DNA of 64,000 bases from Microgenomates group bacterium. GTDB taxonomy: Bacteria > Patescibacteriota > Microgenomatia > UBA10105 > UBA927. Where the stretch lies: assembly GCA_049287205.1 (NCBI GenBank), contig JBAQFJ010000001.1, positions 43,156-107,155 on the forward strand, written 5' to 3'. Position 1 is the first letter of the stretch, and every line of letters starts with the position of its first letter. Positions 1-16,634 of the stretch are shown here, piece after piece. The notes under the pieces are model-generated. The model was not told where the DNA came from. It was given only the letters and a program-made list of their open reading frames with translations, and did not search any database. Both the position numbers and the translations under genes were made by a program.

Positions 1-1002
1 AAGCACAGGGAACAGAAAAAATGTATACGTACTGATGAGCAAGATTGTTCCAAATTGTTCAATTGCTGTCCCTTTTTTTCTTGCAATGATGCCAATGAGT
101 GCAAATGGCACAATTGGACCAATGGAACGGAGGAGAAAAAAGAATGAGGTTATGGTCTGCCATTTTCCTTCTGTTGCGAGCGCCTGCACATATGGATCTC
201 TCACATATAAATAGAGAAGATATGCAAGACCTCCAGCGCCTCCAAGAAAACTTGCAATCATGGTTGATGTGCGGGTTTCTTTGCGGTGGAGTAGCGCAGT
301 GATAAAAAAGATACCGAGAAGGAGCACTCCTATCAGCGGTTGAATGAGGGTTAAACCAAATACTGAGACGAATGCGATACATATTTGTACCCATTTTGGC
401 CACGTTATTTTTTTATCAAAAAGCAGTGTGAGACTCAAAAAAAATAAAAGGCTCATGACCAGTCGATGTGGCATGCCTCCCAGACGGTGAAAAAGAAAAT
501 GTGGTGTGTTCCAAAGGTCAAATGGCCAGTATGCATCAGCAAGTCCTGCTGGCAGCTTGTTCATGAAGGATGTGGAAAATGCAAAAAACATCCATGCGAT
601 TGGTGCTAATTTTTTGTGTGGAAATAATCTGACGAGGAGTATATATGCGGAAACGAGAATGAAAAACGAAAGGAGAATACAACTTACATTGTAGACGGTG
701 CTCGGCATAACAGGCAGGATTTGTCCGATATGTCCAAGGAAGATGTTGGGAAAATAGAGGAGTGTTGACTTGGTTGTTTCTTCAGTAAATAGATTTGTAT
801 TGGTGAACGCTCCTTTGGATCCTTGCATGAACTGGGATGCATAAAACATGAAGTCCTCCCAATAATGCGTGGCACCGAGATAGACGAAATTTGCAGGAGT
901 GTTTTTTACCCCAATGAGATACATGATATTGGAAAGACAGGCAAGTATCGCACTGACAAGACACACAATGAGAAATGTCGGATTTTTTTGCTGTTTTGTC
1001 AT
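1..1002 (-). CDS. polytopic membrane protein, partial (3' end runs off window start); possible GT-C-type glycosyltransferase/unknown
   Basis: Hand translation of the minus strand from ATG at 1002..1000 gives 334 codons with no stop down to base 1 (MTKQQKNPTFLIVCLVSAILACLSNIMYLIGV...GPIVPFALIGIIARKK...). It has many hydrophobic segments. It is missing from the ORF track because it has no in-window stop. Confidence 0.55.
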   Translation of the reverse strand, partial: MTKQQKNPTFLIVCLVSAILACLSNIMYLIGVKNTPANFVYLGATHYWEDFMFYASQFMQGSKGAFTNTNLFTEETTKSTLLYFPNIFLGHIGQILPVMPSTVYNVSCILLSFFILVSAYILLVRLFPHKKLAPIAWMFFAFSTSFMNKLPAGLADAYWPFDLWNTPHFLFHRLGGMPHRLVMSLLFFLSLTLLFDKKITWPKWVQICIAFVSVFGLTLIQPLIGVLLLGIFFITALLHRKETRTSTMIASFLGGAGGLAYLLYLYVRDPYVQALATEGKWQTITSFFFLLRSIGPIVPFALIGIIARKKGTAIEQFGTILLISTYTFFLFPVL

Positions 1003-1067
1003 CACTATATATTGTAGCAGACAATATATAGGTGGTATTTTTTTCGTGGTATACTAACGCCATTGTT

Positions 1068-1748
1068 ATGATGCTTTCTTCATTATCAATCTGTATTCCT
1101 GCATATCGTGACGAACAGACGATTCGGCACATTGTTCTTCGAGCAAAAGAGACAGCCAAAAAATATGCGAAAAAATTTGAAATACTTGTGATTAATGATG
1201 CAAGTCCTGATGGTCTGACATCGGTTCTTGCAACACTTTCCTCACGTATTCCAGAGCTTCGGGTGATCACCCATCAAGTTAATCAGGGATATGGAAAAAC
1301 GATTAAGGAATTGTATTATGGAGGCCGATATGACTGGTTATTTACCCTTCCCGGTGACGGACAATTTGAGCCTTTGGAACTTGTGAAAATGCTTCCCTAT
1401 ACTACACGTTATGACATGGTCATCGGTTTAAGGAAACACCGGCATGATAGTGATAAACGAAAACAGCAATCTGCTTTCTATAATGCATTGCTCCGGTTGT
1501 TTTTTTCGCTTTCTACCCGCGACGTAAATTCCATTAGACTTATGCGGCGGAGGATGCTGAAAAACATACAATTAACGAGCAGTTCGGCGTTTGTGGATGC
1601 AGAACTTGCAATAGATGCATTGCAGCATGGGTATCGGATAGTGGAAGTACCGATTCGGCATGAAAAGCGAAAAACAACAGGGGCGAGCGGGGGAAAATTG
1701 TCTGTGATTTTGCCTGTTATTTGGGATATGCTTCGGTATAGAATATGA
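1068..1748 (+). CDS. family 2 glycosyltransferase (dolichol-phosphate sugar transferase-like)
   Basis: N-terminus LSICIPAYRDE, DASPDG and a DxD-like core typical of GT2. The first ATG is at 1068, and the track ORF 1032.. starts on GTG. Confidence 0.7.
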   Translation: MMLSSLSICIPAYRDEQTIRHIVLRAKETAKKYAKKFEILVINDASPDGLTSVLATLSSRIPELRVITHQVNQGYGKTIKELYYGGRYDWLFTLPGDGQFEPLELVKMLPYTTRYDMVIGLRKHRHDSDKRKQQSAFYNALLRLFFSLSTRDVNSIRLMRRRMLKNIQLTSSSAFVDAELAIDALQHGYRIVEVPIRHEKRKTTGASGGKLSVILPVIWDMLRYRI

Positions 1749-1749
1749 A

Positions 1750-2763
1750 GTGACGCATATGCGGAATCTTGCACGAGTTCAATGGGTTGATTGCCTGAAA
1801 GGCATAGCAATTATTTTTGTGCTTGTTGATCACGCCTCGTATTTAACAGGTAATGTTTTACAATTGAATGGGGCAATACATATATTTCAATTGACTTCAG
1901 TATCCATTTCGTGGTTTTTGTTGCTTTTTGGATATATATCTGTTATTTCGTTTGAAACAAATGAACCTTGGATAACACAAACCAAGCTTTTTTGGATAAA
2001 ACGATACAAATATCTATGGTATTACATTATTGCTTCCATTGTTGGCTATGTTTGGCTGTCTTGGGCTACTGTAGATTTTTTTGATTTTGTGCGTCGGTTG
2101 TTTTATTTTACTGTCGTTCCTCCCTATTATTATTTCTTTATTTTATTTCAAAGTATTTTTTTAGTTCCGTTTTTCATGTTGGTTTTTAAACGTATGACGT
2201 CACCGTATATGTGGATTGGTTTCGTGACATTGGTCTATGTAGGACTGTTGCCAATTTCTCAGTTACAGCAACAGTCTTCTTGGATAATGCCATGGAATCT
2301 TCTTTTTGGCGGGTTGCCACTTATTTTTGTTTTGATAGGGATGGGGGTACGTATGTTTGAACGCTTCATGACAGGAAAACGTATTTTTATCTGTGCGTTT
2401 TTGTGGGGTATGCTTTATATCAGTTTATTACGTCGGAACGGAACATTATTTGGTGAACAAATGACTCCCTTTTTTGTGCTATTTTCAACGTTATTATTTA
2501 TTATCGTTGCTGCATTTGTGAAACATATTATTCCTGTATGTAGTATGCGCGTCGTTTCCTTTATTGGAAGACGGTCATTAGGAATTTTTCTAGTTCATTG
2601 GATGGTCATGCAGTCAATTGTGACGTTGTTTCATACAACCGACTTTTGGTTGCAGTATACAATAGTGTTTTTAGGTAGTTTTTTTTGTACCTTGGGTATT
2701 GTGGAAGGTATAGAGCGTATATACAGATGGTTGCAGTCACTTTTTTTATTACACCGTGCGTGA
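1750..2763 (+). CDS. acyltransferase family 3-like integral membrane protein
   Basis: N-terminus RVQWVDCLKGIAIIFVLVDH is a hallmark of membrane acyltransferase_3. About 10 hydrophobic helices. The start is GTG 1750 or ATG 1759. Confidence 0.55.
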   Translation: MTHMRNLARVQWVDCLKGIAIIFVLVDHASYLTGNVLQLNGAIHIFQLTSVSISWFLLLFGYISVISFETNEPWITQTKLFWIKRYKYLWYYIIASIVGYVWLSWATVDFFDFVRRLFYFTVVPPYYYFFILFQSIFLVPFFMLVFKRMTSPYMWIGFVTLVYVGLLPISQLQQQSSWIMPWNLLFGGLPLIFVLIGMGVRMFERFMTGKRIFICAFLWGMLYISLLRRNGTLFGEQMTPFFVLFSTLLFIIVAAFVKHIIPVCSMRVVSFIGRRSLGIFLVHWMVMQSIVTLFHTTDFWLQYTIVFLGSFFCTLGIVEGIERIYRWLQSLFLLHRA

Positions 2764-2831
2764 AGCAGATAGAGCGGTTTTCTCTTGACCTTACGTAGGT
2801 TTTCCAGTATAACAACGTAAAGCAGATTATT

Positions 2832-3863
2832 ATGAAGCCGTTTTTTAGCATTATTATCCCGTATCATAATTCGAAAGATACGATTGCATCGTTACTAGCA
2901 TCCATTTATTTTTCCAAGAAACGCCCTCGTGTCGAAGTCATCATTGTTGATGATGCTTCAACCATTCTTTTAACAATAAAAGATTTGAAACCATCCTTTG
3001 TCCGTTCCCTGGCGGTTAAAATCATACGATTCAAAAAAAATAAAGGGCCGGCTATTGCAAGAAACAGGGGAGTGGAACAAGCCGGTGGCGAATATATCGT
3101 CTTTCTTGACGGCGATGTAAAACTCTTTCCTGATGCGCTTCATAATTTATGGAAACTGTATACCGATGACCCCGATATTCATGCGGTCACCGGTGTTTGG
3201 AGTAAAGAGCAGAAATCAACAGCATTCTTTCCGAATTTTAAGGCGCTTCGTGATTGGAGTTATTGGACGAATGAACGGGAGAGTGGACATTATTATTATT
3301 TGTTTTCGACCCGTATCGCTTCCATTAGGAAAGCAATATTTTTGCGGCTTGGCGGGTTTGATGAATCCTATGCAGGCCCGTTAATTGAAGATATCGCATT
3401 TACGTATAAAATCGCGACACGGTACGCCGTTATTTTTGCGTCAAATGTGCGCGTATATCATGAGTTTGAATCGTTTTTGCCGATAGCAAAGAAATATTTT
3501 TTGCGTGCCTATTATTGGACGCTTCTGTTTGAAGAGCGCCGAAAATTTGATCCGGTTGCAACAACGTGGAAAGAAGCGGTGACGGGAATAAGTGGAGCGG
3601 CACTTGCAGGGTTGAGTGTCCTTGCATGCGCAAGTTTGTTTTTGCCAATGGGAGCAGTACAAACAACCCTCTGGATAGGAGTAGCCGTGTTGTTTTTAGG
3701 ACACCTCTACCTCGTCCGAAAATTCCTGCGGTTTATCTATGCGGAAAAAGGACTGAAATTTACCGTCCAAAGTTATTTTATGGGTATTGTTTTATATTGT
3801 TTTATTACTGCAGGCGGCGTGTGGTCGCTCGTTCATCCTCCAAAAAATAAACAGATGCGGTAA
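2832..3863 (+). CDS. family 2 glycosyltransferase with C-terminal TM helices
   Basis: FSIIIPYHNS...VDDAS...FLDGDV motifs. Hydrophobic C-terminal third. Confidence 0.7.
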   Translation: MKPFFSIIIPYHNSKDTIASLLASIYFSKKRPRVEVIIVDDASTILLTIKDLKPSFVRSLAVKIIRFKKNKGPAIARNRGVEQAGGEYIVFLDGDVKLFPDALHNLWKLYTDDPDIHAVTGVWSKEQKSTAFFPNFKALRDWSYWTNERESGHYYYLFSTRIASIRKAIFLRLGGFDESYAGPLIEDIAFTYKIATRYAVIFASNVRVYHEFESFLPIAKKYFLRAYYWTLLFEERRKFDPVATTWKEAVTGISGAALAGLSVLACASLFLPMGAVQTTLWIGVAVLFLGHLYLVRKFLRFIYAEKGLKFTVQSYFMGIVLYCFITAGGVWSLVHPPKNKQMR

Positions 3864-3875
3864 GGAATGCCCATT

Positions 3876-5753
3876 TTAGGGAATAAGCGGTATTGAAGTT
3901 GGTGTTGTCTCCTGTGTTGGCGTTGGTGTTTGCTCTCCCGGTGTTTGGCTGTGCAGCGCAGTGATTTCTTCCTGCACGTTCATATATTCTGTGCCGTCTT
4001 TTGGAAGCAGTGTTTGCGTTTTTTCAAGTGCATCAAGCGCAAATTGTATCTCTCCTTTTGTTTTATATGCGTTTGCCAGATTGTAATAGGCGTTTGCATA
4101 GTTTGGTTTTAAGGTTGCTGCAGCTGTAAATTGCGAAATTGCTTGATCATAGTCTTTCGCATTCATATAGATGCCGCCAAAATCGATTCGTAAATTTGGA
4201 CTGATTGGATTGAGTGAGATTGCTTTTTGGTAGGCGGCAATTGTCCATGTATTTGCGTCACCCGCCACTCCAATAAGCGATTGATAGACTGTTGCTAAGT
4301 TCGTCCATGTGACATAGCTTGAAGGTGCAAGCGTTGTTGCAAGTTTTGCCTCACTTACTGCAAGGCTAAAGAGTGATGTCACCAGTGATTTGTCTTCATC
4401 AAGAAGGGTCACTTCGCCTGTTGTTTCATTTTTTGGTGCCGCTGCGAGTATACTTCCACCCATGACGAGTGCAAGTTGAGATAGCGACACATGATATCGT
4501 GTCATATACTGATTTTGTTTGATGGCGAGAATATGATCGGTATATGCTTTTGTGAGATTATTCTCTGTCTCAACAGCATGACCGGCAGCGGCATAGAATA
4601 CTTCCCCTTTGGTAAAGTGATAGAGTCCGACAAGTGAAACAATGGTAATTCCTGTAATGCAAACAGCGATACCTATTGCCATGGCCGTGTGTATGGGTTG
4701 CTTTGTTTCTTTTGTGGGTTCATGCGCAATGGCTACAAGCGCCATAAGTACAAGAAGTGGAATAGATGGGGGAAATAGTACGATGAATAGTGCGGCGGTA
4801 ATCCAGATGATTTTGCTTTCTATTTCTTTTGGTATCATGCGGATCCAACCGACAAGCATCATGATACTTGCTGCAAGACCAAGAAGCCCGAGCGTCGTTG
4901 CGATATGAAAAAGAAGTGTTGCACTGGTAGAAAATCCTGTATTCCAGAGTGCGGTTTGATTTATTGCCACCGGTCTGCCGGTTGCATATGCGGAAAGAAA
5001 ATTTTCTGCTCCAACACCAACGAGCGCGGTTTTTCCGGATTTTAATGCTTCAAGGAGTGTTGTCCAACCGATGGTAAGTGGCATGATGACGGTTGGGATC
5101 ATGGGAATAAATCGCCACAATGTAATGCAGAGTCCTGCAACCACAAATATGCCGCTGACGATGCCAAGTGCCGCAAGTTTTTCTTTATGATGGATAAAAC
5201 TCAACCGGATTTTTTGTATGACCAGCGGTATACCCAGTGTAAATACCAATACTGCTGAAATCGGTGTACCGGTTGGATTCCAAAGCGTGTTTTGTAAGAA
5301 CGACGCATTCGGGAACAAAATGCTGGTGATAGCGAATTGTTGATATATCGTGATCAGTCCGATACACCCTATCAAGACAATGCTCACCCAGACCATACGG
5401 TCTTTTTGTTCTTTGGAAAGCATTTTTGGTATGAGGAGAGTGATAATAAATAAGCAGGCATACGTAACAGCGCCCAGCGGGTGCACAAGCGCTTCCACTT
5501 TATTGGTTGATGCTGTAAGGATACTTATGATGGAAGCGATTGTCAGAGCGCCAAATCCAAGACTAAGGGGGGATATTGCCAGATGCACTTTTTTGGTTTG
5601 TATACACTGTATGCCATAGAGAATAAGTATATAAAGTGTCACGATACTCATCGCAACCCATCTTCCCGTGTCATAAAAGTCCTGAAAATACGGAAAAAAG
5701 AATACAAGAAGAAGAGGAAGCAGAAATGGTAGTAAACTCAATGCCATATACAA
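3876..5753 (-). CDS. O-antigen ligase (Wzy_C)-like polytopic membrane protein with C-terminal TPR repeats
   Basis: More than 10 predicted TM helices, followed by TPR-like repeats (AYQKAISLNP..., NAKDYDQAISQF..., KPNYANAYYNLANAYKTKGE) and a Thr/Pro-rich tail. Confidence 0.55.
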   Translation of the reverse strand: MYMALSLLPFLLPLLLVFFFPYFQDFYDTGRWVAMSIVTLYILILYGIQCIQTKKVHLAISPLSLGFGALTIASIISILTASTNKVEALVHPLGAVTYACLFIITLLIPKMLSKEQKDRMVWVSIVLIGCIGLITIYQQFAITSILFPNASFLQNTLWNPTGTPISAVLVFTLGIPLVIQKIRLSFIHHKEKLAALGIVSGIFVVAGLCITLWRFIPMIPTVIMPLTIGWTTLLEALKSGKTALVGVGAENFLSAYATGRPVAINQTALWNTGFSTSATLLFHIATTLGLLGLAASIMMLVGWIRMIPKEIESKIIWITAALFIVLFPPSIPLLVLMALVAIAHEPTKETKQPIHTAMAIGIAVCITGITIVSLVGLYHFTKGEVFYAAAGHAVETENNLTKAYTDHILAIKQNQYMTRYHVSLSQLALVMGGSILAAAPKNETTGEVTLLDEDKSLVTSLFSLAVSEAKLATTLAPSSYVTWTNLATVYQSLIGVAGDANTWTIAAYQKAISLNPISPNLRIDFGGIYMNAKDYDQAISQFTAAATLKPNYANAYYNLANAYKTKGEIQFALDALEKTQTLLPKDGTEYMNVQEEITALHSQTPGEQTPTPTQETTPTSIPLIP

Positions 5754-5815
5754 ATATCATACACTATTTTCTTTGCATTTTGGGGATGGATTTGCCATAC
5801 TACTTATGTGCCAGT

Positions 5816-6604
5816 ATGAATCAAAAAAAACTATTTCTTCATGGATTTTCACTCGTGGAACTGATGATCGTTGTGGTTCTTATTTCTCTTCTTGCACTAC
5901 TTGGATTGTTGGCTTTTCAACGGCAAACAATGCGCGGATATGATTCCAAGCGGAAAACAGATTTGGAAAAAATGAAAGTGTTGTTTGAGGATTATTATAA
6001 TGACCATGACTGTTATCCGCAGGTGGCAACGTGGAATGCGTATAACTGCATTGACGGCTCAGGCGGCGAGTTTTTTGCACCGTATCTGAACGGGCAGCAT
6101 ATTCCGTGTGATCCAGTTACCAATGAACGGTATCTGTATATTACGATTCCAGAAGATGAGGAGGCTGCTGTTTCTGCGTGCAGCGGATATAAGATGTTTG
6201 CAGCCCTAGGAAACACCAGTGATCCGGATATTCTCGGATCCGGTTGCGATCCTGATCCAAATAAAGGGTGCGGATACGAGCCGTATAAATATAATTATGG
6301 TATTTCTGTCGGTGGCACCGTCAGGAATGCCGCATTTGATTTTGCGGCGCCTACACCAACTCCAACGCCGGAATTTCCCATTGGCAATAATTTTTGCCTC
6401 GGTGATCCGAATCCTGAGCATGCCTGCAACACCAAAGAAGGACTGGTTGCACCGGCATATGACAATTTGCCGTGTGGCGATGTGCTCCGCGATACATTCG
6501 GCTGCGTGAGTTTCTATGACGGTTCATTATGTAGTTCTCTCTGTGCCAGTAATTTTTCAAAATATAAATGTCAGGCAACAACAACAGTGCAATGCGTGCA
6601 ATAA
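5816..6604 (+). CDS. type IV pilin / T2SS pseudopilin-like protein (prepilin N-terminus), Cys-rich
   Basis: KLFLHGFSLVELMIVVVLISLLA is a class III signal / N-methylation motif. GspG-like motif KRKTDLEKMKVLFEDYY..YP. TPTPTP linker and many Cys. The real start is ATG 5816; the track ORF 5636.. overlaps the upstream gene. Confidence 0.75.
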   Translation: MNQKKLFLHGFSLVELMIVVVLISLLALLGLLAFQRQTMRGYDSKRKTDLEKMKVLFEDYYNDHDCYPQVATWNAYNCIDGSGGEFFAPYLNGQHIPCDPVTNERYLYITIPEDEEAAVSACSGYKMFAALGNTSDPDILGSGCDPDPNKGCGYEPYKYNYGISVGGTVRNAAFDFAAPTPTPTPEFPIGNNFCLGDPNPEHACNTKEGLVAPAYDNLPCGDVLRDTFGCVSFYDGSLCSSLCASNFSKYKCQATTTVQCVQ

Positions 6605-6618
6605 TAAAGGAGAGATAT

Positions 6619-7146
6619 ATGAAAAAGAAGGGATTTACACTTGTTGAACTCATGGTGGTTATTGTCATCATGGGTATTTTGGTATCCATTGGTACATTTG
6701 CCTTTCAATCATCACAAAAAAAATCCCGCGATTCGAGGCGAAAATCAGATCTTGATCAAATTACAAAGGCTTTGGAAATGTATAACACAGATGTCGGGAG
6801 TTATCCTGCAGGTGGCACCGTTTCAACAACTGATGCAGGAAAAATCATCGGCTGCGGCGATACGACAAAGGTTGTGTGTAATTGGGGAGAAAGTTTTTAT
6901 AACACGACAAAAGCAACCTATATGGTGAAATTACCAAAAGATCCTACAGAAAGCCGTACGTATTATTATGAACGCGTCGGGAACGGGTATCGGCTGTACA
7001 CACGGCTTGAGAATTTGGAAGATACAACCATTCCAACAACAGGATCAAAAGAATACGGTGTGAATTGCGGAACGTTGTCTACAGTTGTGTATTGTAATTA
7101 TATGATTACGAGTTCAAACATTGTTGAACCAACACCAAAACCGTGA
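6619..7146 (+). CDS. type IV pilin / pseudopilin GspG-like
   Basis: RBS aaggagag, then MKKKGFTLVELMVVIVIMGILV and the GspG-like motif RRKSDLDQITKALEMYNTDVGSYP. Confidence 0.8.
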   Translation: MKKKGFTLVELMVVIVIMGILVSIGTFAFQSSQKKSRDSRRKSDLDQITKALEMYNTDVGSYPAGGTVSTTDAGKIIGCGDTTKVVCNWGESFYNTTKATYMVKLPKDPTESRTYYYERVGNGYRLYTRLENLEDTTIPTTGSKEYGVNCGTLSTVVYCNYMITSSNIVEPTPKP

Positions 7147-7187
7147 TTTTGATATAAAAGTATATATTACTATATGGAAGGATATAT

Positions 7188-7709
7188 ATGAAAAAGGGTT
7201 TTTCTCTTATTGAGCTTTTAGTTGTTATCGCAATAACAGCAGTTCTTACTGCTATTGCGCTGCCAAATTTTTTAAGCGCCCGTGAACGCGCCAGGGATGC
7301 GAAACGGAAGCAGGAAATGCATGAGATGAAGAATTCACTCAGGTTATATTACAACGATTATCAGACGTATCCGATCGCAGCTAGCGGAGGCATCGGTAAA
7401 TTGAATTATATTTCCGGATGCGGGGTGGACGCGGCGACGATGTGTCCGTGCACCTCTGCAACACAAAACGCGGATTTTGCGGTAGGCACTGCGTGTGAAA
7501 CCGTGTATATGAAACGATTTCCGAGTGAATTCGGATCGCGTATGTACTATTCGCAGTATGATTCGGGAAATGATTTTTGTCTGAAAGCCGCATTGGAAAA
7601 CGCAGCGGACCCAGATATTCTCACGTCAAGATGCCGGTGTCAAACTGCCTGTGGGATTGTAGATTGTACTACTGCTACCGGTACAGATTACTACGTGTGT
7701 GCAGACTGA
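7188..7709 (+). CDS. type IV pilin / pseudopilin GspG-like
   Basis: MKKGFSLIELLVVIAITAVLTAIALPNF and RARDAKRKQEMHEMKNSLRLYYNDYQTYP. C-terminal DPDIL..C motif shared with pilin 1. Confidence 0.8.
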   Translation: MKKGFSLIELLVVIAITAVLTAIALPNFLSARERARDAKRKQEMHEMKNSLRLYYNDYQTYPIAASGGIGKLNYISGCGVDAATMCPCTSATQNADFAVGTACETVYMKRFPSEFGSRMYYSQYDSGNDFCLKAALENAADPDILTSRCRCQTACGIVDCTTATGTDYYVCAD

Positions 7710-8120
7710 TTATTTTTTGTAGGTTGAGTAGCTTATCTTCATGGGGACGCTATCAGATGTTGTGAATCCGCATTTTTCATAAAAAGGAACGACACACTTT
7801 TCAGGATTAATCGGAATGTAGAGTGCACCCACTGCGCGAAGTTTTTCAATTATTTTATCAACTAATTGTCTTCCTATTCCTTGTTTTCGATAGTCTTTGC
7901 GTACTACCAGTTTTTGTATGTAACCTCGTCTGCCATCAAACGACCCAAATGCGGAACCGATGATTTCTCCGTTATCTTCCATAAGAAGGCTTAGATTTGG
8001 ATTTTTTTTCAAAAAGAGTTGGAATGGTTCATATGCATCTAATTCGTTAACAAAATAGTTATCTTTCCAAAAGGGAAGAAGACGCGCATGGTCCTCAATA
8101 GTCATTGTTCGAAATATCAT
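7710..8120 (-). CDS. GNAT family N-acetyltransferase
   Basis: Motif-A-like core KLVVRKDYRKQGIGRQLV. 136 aa. Confidence 0.65.
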   Translation of the reverse strand: MIFRTMTIEDHARLLPFWKDNYFVNELDAYEPFQLFLKKNPNLSLLMEDNGEIIGSAFGSFDGRRGYIQKLVVRKDYRKQGIGRQLVDKIIEKLRAVGALYIPINPEKCVVPFYEKCGFTTSDSVPMKISYSTYKK

Positions 8121-8135
8121 AATAGTTGTTGCAAA

Positions 8136-15461
<7,326 letters not shown>

Positions 15462-15467
15462 GAAATG

Positions 15468-16007
15468 CTACGAAATGTATTGTTTGTAATACCAAGAAAA
15501 GAATGTTTTTATGTCGTCTATATCCGTTGGTTTTGTGTTTTTCTTTTTTGCGTATGCATCAAGCGCCATGTCTAAGATATTTGCTTCATTTGGAGCGTCA
15601 GTACGAGGTATATTACGAACGAGCATCATTGGATTTTCTGTTATTTTTTGTTCTAAATTTGCAAATTGGAAAAACATGCGGAGAGCGGAAAGCCTTCTGT
15701 TAATGGTGGCAATTGGTGTTTGGGAAGTAATGAGGCTCCGTTTAAAGGTTTCAATAATTTCATTGGTAATGCGTGTTAATGGTTTTTCCGCATTTTCCCG
15801 AAGAGTAATACTGCCGTTTGTGATGCAAATGTTCAGCCATTTGAAAAAATTTCTTATATCAGCAAGATAATTTTTCCGCGTTACTTCTGAAGCGTTTTGC
15901 TTGATGAGGTAGGTAGAAAACTCATTATCGAGAAGAGCTTGATAATCAAAGACATTAGACAGGATTATACTTTGCATATATCTAGTTAATCTAATATTAA
16001 TAAGCAT
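15468..16007 (-). CDS. stand-alone tyrosine-recombinase core-binding (SAM-like N-terminal) domain protein; no catalytic domain
   Basis: TRKNYLADIRNFFKWL...ITNEIIETFKRSL...ATINRRLSALRMFFQFA resembles the XerC/D integrase N-terminal CB domain. No R-K-H-R-H-Y catalytic region. The TAG stop lies two codons upstream of, and in frame with, the giant gene's ATG. Confidence 0.5.
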   Translation of the reverse strand: MLINIRLTRYMQSIILSNVFDYQALLDNEFSTYLIKQNASEVTRKNYLADIRNFFKWLNICITNGSITLRENAEKPLTRITNEIIETFKRSLITSQTPIATINRRLSALRMFFQFANLEQKITENPMMLVRNIPRTDAPNEANILDMALDAYAKKKNTKPTDIDDIKTFFSWYYKQYIS

Positions 16008-16634
16008 GTCAAGAGGGAAATGAAGCAGATGAGTATGGGTTGGATATGGTTGAGAAAAACGTATGTTTTGCGATGTTAGCCTCCATTCCCGTATATTTCA
16101 CGAATTACCGCATATAAAATAGTAACCGTTGTATCAATCTGCGCAACAATATATATCAATAATTATTGATAGATACAGTTTGATTAAACAGTATTTTTTC
16201 ACTAAAAAGAAGAGTTGAAATTGTAAAAAAACCGCATAAATTTTGGCACGTTACAACGCTCCGCGTTACATCAATATCTTATAGTAGTGATAATTACTAT
16301 CCTTATAGTTTCTTATTGAGTTATGTAATGAAAAATAGTATTTTTTATTCATATTTGTATCCGTGAAATGGACTTTTGGTTGTATAGCAATGGAAGTAGA
16401 GAAGTGCTAAAAAAATATTGGTTTGTATTAACGCTCTGGCTGTTATCGACATGTGTGAAATGGTGATTGTATTTCTATATTTTCATTTTTTCTCATTTTT
16501 CTATGCTGTTTTGATATTTTTGTGGCGGCTTTCTTATCAGTTAGCTTCGAATTATGGAAGGTATATGAATATATTTTGCCTAAAATCTGATGTTATAGGG
16601 ATAACCGATAATATCAGGCATTCTTTGAATCTCT

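Noticed and set aside
59-1017. Track ORFs 59..403(-), 99..302(+), 506..694(+), 684..875(-), 782..1270(-), 823..1017(+).
   Set aside because: Their compositions (Cys/Trp/His/Arg-rich) are not protein-like. They overlap the clean 334-codon membrane-protein frame that runs off the window edge.
5636-5815. N-terminal extension of pilin 1 (track start 5636) overlapping the 3876..5753 gene.
   Set aside because: The prepilin signal MNQKKLFLHGFSLVELM begins at ATG 5816. The extension overlaps the upstream gene's coding region on the opposite strand and has no RBS.
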